From positions 682,001-746,000 of the forward strand of contig JAYWIR010000055.1 in NCBI GenBank assembly GCA_036172245.1: DNA of 64,000 nucleotides. The letters run 5' to 3'. This document shows positions 39,741 through 51,792 of the stretch, piece by piece. Numbering within the stretch: the first letter of the stretch is position 1; every line of letters starts with the position of its first letter. The stretch is from Raillietiella orientalis. Taxonomy: Eukaryota. The notes under the pieces were generated by a model, which did no database searches, was not told where the DNA came from, and saw only the letters and a program-made list of their open reading frames with translations. The position numbers and the translations under genes were made by a program.

Positions 39741-40150
39741 AATCACGGGCAGGCCTCTCGATGAGTCATTTTTATAATTAAAATTTGTTAAGACTATATA
39801 TTTCAAATCGTTGATTTGAAATATATATGCAAGTTAACTGCATTATTTTCATCGTGACAATATAACCAAGGTAATATTAAACTCAAGTGTATTGTAACAA
39901 AATTTTTTTTTGAGTGTCATGACTTCCAGAACTGGAACGTGGTTATTAAAATACATGGAATAAATGGGTCTTGTTAATGAACAAGTGTCGCATAACTTTT
40001 TTAAGGTCGTCTTTGATACTTAAGAAAGCTTGCAGATCTGAATAACACAACACCATCATGTAACAACAATCTTAATTCAATTATATTACATACCAGATAT
40101 ATGCATGCAGCACACTACACGTTAAACACATATATCATTCTAATTGAAAC

Positions 40151-40160
40151 CGCGGGAAAA
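40151..40160 (-). promoter_or_regulatory. E2F-type site TTTTCCCGCG upstream of SPT16
   Basis: Matches the TTTSSCGC consensus within AT-rich sequence about 400 bp upstream of the candidate start. Motif match only. Confidence 0.35.
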
Positions 40161-41446
40161 CATCACCGTTTCTGCGACATCTCTAAATAAAAGACAAGCA
40201 GAGATATATTGTGCATTCTCATCAATTATTTAATACATCGATGAATACATATCTACACAGACTTCATCTTAATTCAAAATCGAATTACTTCAACATTTTG
40301 TTCCACACTACGAATTATTAGATACTATTGCACACATTACGCAGGGCAACCAAAGTTTTTATCTGGGAAATAAAAAGAAAGAGCAAAACTTGTATTACAA
40401 AGGATTTATGATTAAGGCCTAACCACGGTGCCTAAACGGATCCTTTGTAACCGAAAAAAAATTACATTTTTATTTTGGAATCCCATTCATAACTCTATGG
40501 TTTTCTCGGAATGAAATTTTGGAAATAACGAATACAAGAATATACCATATTGAAGATAAATTAAAAAATACACTGCAGCAGGCTAAACTCGAATTATTTG
40601 TACGGTTTTTAAGTCTTTACGCATCATAATCCTGGAAGTTTCATACTTTATAATTCAAAAACATATAAGAATAAAAATGCATGTACTGTTAAGTATTTAC
40701 TAAACTTATCTTCATTGCCAGTACACCCAACGGACCATTTTATGCCACATGAATCCATCAGCTTGCTAAAATGTGAAGTATGGAATAAGAGTAAACATTG
40801 ATCCAACCCTTAAAATGGCTTAGTTCAGATGGCAAGAGACTCGAAAGAAAAAAAAAGGAATGCATTTAACATTTTCAGCAAGTATGCTAGGCAAAAGGAA
40901 TTCATGTATTTCACATCATACTTTCATGCTCACACACACAACGCTGCAATTCTTTTAGAGCCTTCATAAAGGAAATGGATTCAATGCAATGAAAAGCGTG
41001 GAAGTTGGCTTCCTTTCATAAGGAGAAGCAACTTCATTTTTCCATTATCTCAATACACCATCGAGAAGAAATACAAACCTCGTTAGAAATCGATGAATTT
41101 TGACAACTCTCCAGTACATGCTTGCGTGCTAACACGTGTACTTGAAATACTTAAATTTCACATTAGTCGTGGGAATGTTACATTTTTGCTACTACAAATA
41201 GGCATTACACATTCCTAAGATGAAGATAGCAAGGTGATTTTTATGAAAAGATCTGGAAAAACGTCGGCATTGCAACGCGAAAAGGCATTAAAATAATAAG
41301 GCTTCGCTGCATATCGCCATTAATATATTTATTGAACTAAAACATTAGTACAGTATGAGTCCAGAAAATTGAATGCTACCTTATCTTTGCTGCAATACGG
41401 AATTCTTACTACTATCAAAGGAAATGCATTCTTTATACATACTTAC

Positions 41447-44400
41447 GTACCCACTTAAAGATACAGTTCTGTATTCATCCACGCAAAAAATTCCCTTAAA
41501 TTAAATTAATGTGGCTCACATAACATTAAAACAGTAAACTCAAGTTTATCCAAATACTGGTTATGCTACGCAGAGGTATTTTTTGAAAGGCAAATCACAT
41601 GCCTTTTCATTACCGGTGATATTTTGTTTTTATGGATTTACTTAAAAGTGCTCGCAGCTTTGTCGACTTCGTGAAGCAAGTGGACTTCATGTTTACAAGG
41701 GACTCTATACTAGGAATGACAAAACTTAATATTTCATGAAATTTTTATTAGAAATCTGAGAGAAAACAAAAGAATTAATAAAGCTTCAAATGAAAAGCGA
41801 GAATGGGACACAGGAATGGTAAGAAAGCATATGGAGAAGCACATTTGATTACTATGTTCTTTCATGAAGCACAGTGCCAAACAATCTCAGCACATGCAGT
41901 TCGTACTCGAAATTCTGGATTGGGATCTCCTGAGCTCACGAATCTGCAAGAATTCTAAAGCTTTGATCTCTAAAAATACATGCAAACAGAAAATGACTAA
42001 ATAGAAGAGAATTCTGGCGAAAATTAATCGAAACACATACTGCAAAGCATAGCAGACAACTGATTACACTATTGAACCCAAAATGTTTTTCACAGTAACA
42101 TAAAAAGGCTGATTTTCAACATTGCTAATATTTTCAAAATTCTCCAGGTAGCAGTGATAAATGCTATTTTCCTGGAAAAACAGGAAAAATAAATGCCCAT
42201 AGAAAAAATTAGAAAATAAGTAATTGGGAAATAATTAAAACTTATAATTTCAAAGAGTGGCTGGTCAACTGAAATAAAAGAGTCTTACTGGATTTCTAAT
42301 TTGATGTACCAAAGTAAAAGAAGTGAGCTTAACAAGACAATAAACTGAAAGAATCACATATGCAAAAAAAAACCATACTGACCTCACTTAACACACGCTA
42401 TTATATTATACGTAATTATTTTGTTGAAAAAAGGTGCATAGAGAAAACATATAAAGGTGTTTTTCTATTTCATGAGTATATAAATGCAATAGCATTTATA
42501 TACTCATCAAATACAAGAACATTCTTTACAATTTATTGAGAATTTGATGGATTTATAAAAGCTCGTTTTCATACTTTTTGACATTTTTCTATAAGTTGGA
42601 ATGCTACACAACTCTTTTAACAAGTCATTTCTATCAAAAGTTTCAGTGTGTAAATTTTTAACAGAATCTAAACATTACGCATTTCTGCTTACATTTAGTA
42701 CTACAATGCACAGCATACTATATATGAAAGACTTATAACCAATGCTTTCCGTATACGGCATGCTAAACTAATCATGAGAATGCAGGGCAGTTCAAATTAT
42801 CATGAAGACCCAGGTCTGAACTGCCTAAACACACAAAAACGTGAATCTAATTCAAATCAGCAATAAATTCTTTATTTCTTCTTTGATGCATCATTTAATC
42901 TGAATGCTTCATGTAATCTGCAACTTTCTCTTGCTTTCAGGAACTTCAATACAATAAGAATTACCTGGTGCATTGAAAAAAACATTCACAACACATTTAG
43001 GTACTGTTACAACATGATTACACCACAACAGATTACATTAATTATGCTGCTACCTAAAGAGCTCTTCAGTAACTTAAAAGTGATTACTCAACAGAAATTA
43101 CACAGTAAATAGGTTAAAAGATTTCTTGCTATTCACTAGAACTGTTCTTAAAATGTGGAGAACACAAAAATTATCATCCTAGGTGCTCACAAAAGCACAG
43201 CTATAAAAAGAATGACAATTAAATACTTTTCCAGCTTCAAAATAGCATGCTAAAGCATTTCACAAATAATTGGAGAAAACCTTTTTTGCCTAGAATCAGG
43301 AAATGAGGATGTTTACGAAGGATTCTATAAAATGAAGCTTCAAGCTCATATCTAATTGGAAACTTCAGGAACATGCTGAATGCTCTCATGCTATTATTAA
43401 CCTTTACCTTTATTTTAAGGTACAAAAATTAGTAACATATATATGCATTTCCTTTAATTGTATAATAAAATGATCGATTGATTCTCAGTTTTCATAAGTT
43501 AATAAATAATCATACTATTTGATTTCAACTCCTTGGAAGACCAAGTCAACTGGGGCTTGGAAAATTAGTATAATAAGCATGACAAATATCAAAAACGAAA
43601 TGAAGTTTCAATCTTTACACCATGATGATGTAGAAAGGTAGACAACAAGTCAGCAGGCAATCTTTACACTTTGATGGCAAGCAAAGCAAAAGCACTTCAG
43701 GTGATAATTTATAATTGGGGTGGAAAAAACAACAAAAATGAAAGATCTTAATTTCTTTGCAGCTACATAAGTTTCAATAAATGCAATTAAAAAATTTGCC
43801 GAGTAAAGCAGTCAAGTTAGTGTCCTTTACAACGGCCATATCACTAGCACACTAATTGAGGGGAAAAATGGCAAGACCAAAGTATCCAGTAATCTTATAC
43901 CTCCATGAAATTGAATAATTTCAAACCAAAAATCAAGTAACTGGCACAAATTTGTGAAAAATCCAAGGATACGCTATATGAATCTTTAGGAAGATTCCTC
44001 CATTCATTCATTTCACCTTGATTGATCTCTAGTCAATGTAATCTACTCAAGACTTTCACACACGCTTGACTTCAACTCTCAGCAAATGGGACTTTTAGTG
44101 AACTCATCGATAACTAAGAGAACATTAAAAAAAGAATATCGACTTATTGCAACGGAATTGGAATTCCAAATTGGAAAATTCCAAACGAATTTCAGCTTGC
44201 TGAAATTCAGAAATTTGGCTCTCCTTGTAACATTTTCAAGTTAGGCTGGAACTCAGTTAGGAGCTCTGTGAGTCAACATAGGGACAAACGGGAAAAAAAC
44301 ATACAGGAATGATTCATGTGAGAACAAAAGAGAACGGTTGTGCATGGCAAAGTAGCCAAAGAATTGGAAGTGAGAGGGGGGTGGAAAGCATCATGCCTCA

Positions 44401-44541
44401 TAAATCATTACAATTAACTGAGAAGACTTCTTTCTTTAGCCGTGTGGTTTAGAAAGGGAGCATGCAGAAGTGAAATCGAAAACTTCTTACGTGTTTAACG
44501 AAATAAGGACAACAATTTCAGTTCCTATTTTAACGAACTGA
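41447..44541 (-). ncRNA. Candidate spliced non-coding transcript or distal SPT16 leader
   Basis: Inr TCAGTT (44536-44541) followed by donor GTAAGA (44490). Further good minus-strand sites: acceptors at about 42269 and 42172, donors at 42964 and 41446. CpG is depleted and there is no convincing ORF. Confidence 0.3.
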
Positions 44542-45683
44542 ACAAAGAAACAACGGAGATTATAAAAGACTGGCTGAGTGTACTCCTTAAGGACAATTGG
44601 ACTTTTGGATATTGGTACCGTCGATTTCGTGAATAAGCTATGTGCTGTTGGACCGAATAAAAAAGTAACTTTGGAAAACTGAAAGTAATCCTTTAGTTTT
44701 AACCGTTGTTAATAATTATTGCTGATTATGAGCGCAAATTGACGCCCTATGACCGTATCTATCTCGAGTGATGAAAGCAGTTCTCAGAACGCAGTTGTTG
44801 TGTCAGAAACATGTTTATCATCATACTCACAAATAAAAAAAATTCACCCTTGTCATCAGCATAAATTTGGAAAAAATACACCACCCCAAATACATAAAAT
44901 CAACATTTGCAACCAGATATCGACAACTCGGAAGAGTTGTTGATGGAAAATTTTAAACGAATGATAGAACATCTATTTCGTTGATATTTTATTCCAAAAG
45001 AGTACCTTCCCTATAAGTATTTGGCTAGAGAAAGCTTAGCAATTTTTCTTGCACCTTACATTTCTTAAAGCAAGATAAAATGCTTTATAAACAAATGTGA
45101 AAGGTCTTGACAATAATATTAAAAATGATTTTAATTGTAATTTTCTTTTTGGAAAAAAAGTGTCAGCACCAGTCCACACAATCCAGATATGTGCCTCAGG
45201 GATAACGATTATTTTTTAATTCTGTGAGTCCACTTTGTACAACCATTTCGATTACGCAAGGAGTTTGGTAAAAACTGGATAAAACATTTTCATATTTTGT
45301 TCCTCTGGGTACGATCGTGTCGTTTTCAATTGTTTTCAAAAAAACAAAGTGCAAACGTGCAGTACAAAAATGCAAATGTCTGCCTAAGCTATTGAAGGAA
45401 AAAAGGCTTCAAAAATCACGAAACGTTGGTATGCATCCAAAATGAAACAGGACTCTCAGCAACCCGTATAGAGCAACTAATGAAAAGATGAATGAATTTT
45501 CATTGCTTCTTTCATGAACAAACCGAGACTTCACTTCAGTAAAGCAAGCCGTTCATCATGGAACGTAAGCTTTTCTTTAAAACGTACAAGAAACGAGAAG
45601 GGCTTCTTTTTAGAATCGTTGACAGCTGAGTATGCCTTCATTTCAAAATGGACGCGCTTAGCAAGGATACAAACTACGTTGAT

Positions 45684-45691
45684 TATCGATA
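45684..45691. promoter_or_regulatory. DRE-type palindrome TATCGATA
   Basis: Exact match to the arthropod DREF/BEAF element. It is a single copy, so it may be chance. Confidence 0.25.
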
Positions 45692-48600
45692 TTGACAGAT
45701 AAATATGAAATATCCACTAAAAAAAAAATTGCTTTCAGTGCTCATATGAATCACATCTTTGATAACATGAGGTCGCGGATGTTTGTTTTTTCCGATACGA
45801 CATGCTTTGGAGTTCGTTTATTAAATCAATATAGAATTGCAGAGCAGGACGGCAAAGACAAAAGAGATTTCAAGTTTCAAATATCCTTTGGTCATCTCAT
45901 ATTCTGGATGCTTATGCTGAGAGATGAAAGGATTCTGCGGAATTACAAGTTTCTGTGTAACTGAATTGCACTTTCATGACAAAAGCAATTTCATTTTTTT
46001 TGTTTTGTGGTTCTTTTGACTGACGACAAAATATTATTAAAATATTATTATTGATGAAATGATCATTGGATTATAGCGATAGTGGGTTCTCAAATATATG
46101 GAAAGTAATTGTTCCAGTTCCTTTTAGATGAAAATTCACAAACTTAGGGAAATCTGCTATACGGAGTATTTACGACACACTTGGACATGGAAAGACCGTA
46201 TAAAATAAAAAGCATAGTTGTGATGAAGTTACCAAATGCTCTAAATATTTCAAACCTTCAACTTTTTATATGAAATCCTGAGATTTGTATTCACAAAAGA
46301 AGCAATACAACCCGATGTAACGGAATCTGTTCTTTCAAAATTAGTGACACTTTTACGAATCCTGGTTATGTCTTCATGCAAGCATACTTCAGAACGGGAG
46401 CTCCATAAAGAAACTGAAAGTTTTTTTTCCGCTGAGAATGGACTTTATTGTATGTTGACTTTTGCTAAAATAGTTGTGCAAAATCCGAAATGATGTTTGA
46501 TTTTCATTTAGGAAGGAATTCTGCAGAATAAAAAGCAGTAAAAAAAGCTATAGGATGCAACTTTTTGAATGTGTTTTGAATGAATTGTTTAAAATAGGTA
46601 ATACTTGTTTGTGGGCTAGGATTTCTTTAATCATTTTAGGATAGCACTGTTCCCTAGGGAATGAGACTTACGTGATACTATGGCAATTTATAGTTTTACA
46701 TAATCATGGGGAGATTCAGTTTTTAAGAGTCCCTTCTATTTCGAATATTCTTTATGTATTTATTAGTGCAATAAAGAAGTGTGTTCATTTTTCTGCTTTT
46801 TCTTTTTATGTTTTTTCCCAATAAAAAGATCTTTCCCATTTCAAGTGCATTCACTGGAAAAAAAACAACATCCTTGTTCTCCACTAAGCGACAATCATGT
46901 TATCAAACTACCCATATTCTAAACGTATATGGCAAAAAAAAATAGCCGAAAAAATTATTTAAATATGGGAAATCCAATTTATTTTAGATGTGAATCAATG
47001 TGCCCAACGAATTTGTCGTGATAATCATACTATATCAAAGATGCTGTTGAAATATGATTTCGAATTTGTCGTCGTAATCAAATGCAAAATCGCTTGCATC
47101 TTGTCTCTATTCCTCTTCATGAATGAAATTGGAACATGCAAAAAATACATTGTAAATAATTCCCTTAAATGTTTTCCTACGGAGGTCAGTATAAACATGT
47201 CCGACTATTGTTGCTTGCTTAGTTCTTTTCAAGTCATAGAAGAAATTCTATTTAAGAACAGTTCAGTCTATGAATCGACTTAAGAGATGTGTGGCTTTGA
47301 GATTTTAAATGAGCGATGATGGAATTCTTAACCGCTCGACGCTTTTGAATTCAGACACGTTGTTTACATCACATACACCATGTTATATGTCGCATGCACC
47401 ATATGCTATTTGGTTACGCTTTTTCTCCAGGAAAGATCTATAATAATGTATTTACTGGGTTTACAAGCAGAGCAATCAGAATGAACCGAAATCCTTTACT
47501 TTCTCTCTTTAGTTTATGAATGCTGATTAAACATAAAGCAATCCGTAGGATGTAATTCTCAGTTTTCTCCTATATACTTTAGCAGTTGCCTGCTTTTACT
47601 TCCAAATCCAATGTCTAAATATGATTGCAATTTATTGTAATCACCAAGGAAGCTTATGAGTAATGTGAATGTGGAATTGCTAAACACGTGAAAGATAAAG
47701 GCTATCGAGAAGGAAAACTTGGGGTCAACTAATGGGTGAATTAAGACTTTGTTTTAAAGTTTAGTATTATGTTCACCTATGCTCCCTTTGCCTATTCAAT
47801 TAAACGAGATTCTCAATAAGTTGAGATTCTTCGGTGCTCAAAAGCCTGAAGCTATGAACTCTGGTATACTTCAGATGTTGTTTCATCGTTTCAATATTCT
47901 CTCATAGTGTATTTATACACAACTATCTAGTACACATATCCAACTTTAAAAAATATAAGCAGAATGATGAAGGCGTCCTTTTTTTTAAAAGAAAAAAAAG
48001 AAAGACTTTATTCTTTCAAAATTTATTCTGGGGTGATCTCTTGAAAAATATTTAGCGAAAGGAATTATTAATCTATGAATAATCTATTAATTACTGTCGC
48101 TTCGTTTTAGAAGGAACTAATCAGAACGTATGTTTAATATTGCAAATATGAATTTTTGGCTCCGATTCGCCTTTCGCCTTTATCATTGCCATTTCCATTA
48201 TGCTGAACCCCAAATTTCTGCCCAAACGTTTATGTATATGTTTTACTTTTGAATTTGAAGGATGAATGATAATTGCACGTGTTTCAATCGTTGCCTGCGG
48301 GATTTGTGCAGTAATTTTGAAGTATTAGGCATCGCGGCAGAAATTCAGATGCAAATTTCGTGGATGGTGAATAAAAGCAATTGAGATCGAATGCTTTCAA
48401 GATGGCGTACCACATGAAGGGTTGTTTATTGAACAGCGGCATACAAGGGTGTGACAAAATGGTAACAAAGGTAATGCCAAAGTTTTTTGCTTTAAGAACT
48501 GTCTGCTAGCTGCTGTATTTTTTTTCTGTTTGGAGTTCTTTAGAGCTGAACCGTTTTTTTTTTTTTTTTTATGCTTTTACCCGCTGCCAATTTGTTTTGT

Positions 48601-49865
48601 TACATTGGTGTATAGAAAAATGGGAAATTTGTTTGGGAACTTTGTGAAACGTAATTTTTTCGATTTTCCCGATGTAAAAGTGATTTCCACAAATCGGCAG
48701 ATCCTTTCGGTGTTCAGAGGTGTTTTCATATGAATTGCTGACCGTGCAGTTGGTTCTGGTTTTGGTTTTTTATTATTTCAACTGTAGCTGGTGATTATGT
48801 CTGGGAACTGAGGTTGGGTGTTTAACGTGTGTGTGTTTCGAGTGAAATGTCAAAATCGCAAAATCAGTACGTGTTTTTTCGCGTTTACGGCATTTTCATT
48901 TTTCGTGTCCAACCAGTCGATCTGCGTGCCGTGCAAACCACATAATACGACAGCCACGAGCAGCGTCGTACGTGTACGTACGTGCATTCGTCGTACTCAC
49001 TCGGTGTGTACGGAATTTTCGTCTCAGCGAAAGTGTTTCAAAATCGGGTGATTTCCCTTCTTTTTCTTCTTCCTTCTTTCCAAAGAGGTGATCACGTTTT
49101 GGGGGGGCTGATGATTCCGATTGGATGCGACACGGGCAGGGAGGCGCCACCGGCGAACGGGTCGTGGACGCTCCCCCCCCGGAGTCCATGCGTGAATGGG
49201 CAGCTGCTCCAAGGGCTGTGGGAACGTGGAGTGTCGTTCCGGAGCCGCTGATCTTCCCGTCAGTGCCATTTATTTGCATATATCCTTTTGCTTTCTTTCT
49301 CTCCGCCGTCTTCTTGGTGGTTTTTTCGCTTTGCAAGCGACGAAAAACGTTTTCCTCAACTTGAAAAGTGTGGCTGTTGTTGACTTCGGATAAGAGGTTA
49401 TCAGATGCACATCCGGATCAGCTCATGTGCTGCGCCGTAGCACCACTTCTGGGTTTGCCTTTGTCCTCCCCACCGAGGGTGGTGCAGTCATCGAGGAGGG
49501 TCGTTTCATTGTGGCGCCACGCAGTGTAAGTGATGTATTAATTTTCAAAGTGCTATCAGGAAAAGGCAGGAAGAAGAAGAAGGAAAGGAAGGAAAGAAAA
49601 GCGGAAAGGGCGCACCGTCGTTTTGCGTTTGCAGCGAAAGATTCCTTGGCCTGAGGGGGAGCCCCGGCTGCCCTCCTTGGGAAACTGATACGAATACGTG
49701 ATGTCCGGGATGAGGGGGAACTCCCGTTTACGACTTCATCCTTTGCGCGTCTCCTTATCCCAATTCAACCGTATTGAATCGCACGAGGACTCGTGGCAAT
49801 CGCTACATTCATTTTCCTGTTTTTAAAGCTCGTAAACTTTGCCATCTCACCATCTTTGTGTTCAT

Positions 49866-49896
<31 letters not shown>

Positions 49897-51755
49897 CCCC
49901 CCCCCCTTTGTTTGTATTGGGCTTTTTGTGTTGCAAAAGTCGAGCCTGCAGTTTGCAGGCGAAATCACCGTGTGCGAGCGTTGGGGGTGAGCTTTGGGAA
50001 AGGAGGGGCCGGCAAGTCACGTGGTGACCTGCGTCCACCCGGGTCTCCAACGTGCGTGTTCGCGTGCGTCGCGGAATTCACGCAAAGCCGGAAGCACGTC
50101 GGTGTGTTTCCGGCGCGCACGTGTTGTTGTCCCTCCCTCTCTCTCTCTCTCTCTCCCTCTTTCCTCTGCGGCAGTCGGTGGACGCTCCACGTCGCAGGAC
50201 ACTTCGCGGGGGGTGCTTCTCGTGGAAACCGTAGGTTCGAATTTCAGCAGCGTGCCCCCCCCCCCGTCTGTGCTTCCGTCGGGTCGTTTGGAAGCGGTCG
50301 AGTTCCGCGTGTTCGCTTCGGCATCGCCTTGGCGTGGTTTCTGTGCTCCGAACGGTTGGCAGGGAGTTGCGGTGATCATCGGAATCGGTGAACGTCGTCA
50401 GGAAGGAGCGACCGGTGGGCGTTGGTGAAAGAACAGTGCTTCCCTTCATTAGAGAGTGCGTTTTCTTTTTCGACGGTACTCGAAGGATCAGTTTGCTGGG
50501 TCTGCTCGGCAGCTCTTATGCCGCAGCGTCTTTTTCGTGCTTTCCACGGAGTGCGTAGATGACACCACCGTGGCAGTTGCCCCAAGTGAGTCTCTCCCGT
50601 CTTCATTCAAGAATTTCCGACGTTCAGAAGCAGCCGCTTTGATCGCTGCTTTAGAAGGGGGGGGGGGCACGCACGGATGCTGTGGTTTCTGACGGCAACG
50701 CTCTTTTTCCTTTCCTTTTCTGGCGCGCACGGTAAGGTTCTCTGAAAGACTTTGTTCACCTTGGAGTGTGTGGCGACGGCAGTGGATGGTGGTGGACTCG
50801 TGCCACCGGGATCATTTCATTCTTCAGCCATACGTACGGCAAGTTGATTGGGAGTGGAGCATCAGTTCGTTTCCATCGCGTGTTCTTCCTGTTCGGCGGG
50901 AATTCCTTCCCGAATCCCATGCCGAGCTGTGGTGTGCCCAAACGGTGCCGTTCTCCCTCGGGAAGGCCAGGAGCGTTGAGGCAAACTCGGCAGGGCGGCG
51001 TTTTTGTTACGTATTCGATTGCCCCCCCCCCCCCCCCCGTTCCCCTGCAAAACTGTGTTCACTCGGTTCCCCGTGCTCGTTTGTCTTATCCCAGTGGTTT
51101 CCATAGCTGTGGGCAGCACCTTTTTCGGTCCAGAGGAATTGTGCTCGATCTTAGCCGTGCATCCGGTACTGGCGGTGGAGTTGGGCAAAAGTTCTTCATT
51201 TCGGCTGAGGAAACACACACCAAATTCGCGTTTTCGTTTTCAATTGAGTGAACAATCTTTTGTTTCTGCTTCCCACGTGTGTTGTTGTTGCAGATGCGAT
51301 GATGCTTTCACGCAGATTCGGTGCCAGCTTCCAAGTTCCCGAAAAATAGGTGCTCGGTTCGCCGTGGCCTTCGAAGCGTCCGAAACCTAATTTGACTGGA
51401 CCCATTTTTTCAAACAGTTTCTAGAAAAGAAAAAATGCAGATGGTGATTGCTTAGCAGCTGGGCTAGGGAAAAGAGTAAAGGTCCCTCTATTTTTTTTTT
51501 TTTTTTTGCCCTGCCTTTCCCGACAAATTTGAGTACGTCTTCCGTCCCGCTTTCCCAGCTTCAGTTCCTGTGCGGTTTGCCGGTACCACGTATTTCCAAA
51601 AGTCTCTTCTCCCAGGATGAGGATGCTCCCAAGGTCGGACGAATTGTGCTTTGTTCAATACGAAGCTCCGTTAATTGCAGTGCCTTTGGCATAGTGAGCG
51701 CAGCTTCGTTCCCGGGAAGAAGAATGAGGATGGAGTTTTTTTTTCTTCTTCTTTG

Positions 51756-51758
<3 letters not shown>

Positions 51759-51790
<32 letters not shown>
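51759..51790. repeat. (TG)16 microsatellite
   Basis: Direct count. Confidence 0.95.

Positions 51791-51792
<2 letters not shown>

Noticed and set aside
40326..40348. TATTGCACAC, a miR-92/310-like seed
   Set aside because: No complementary arm upstream.
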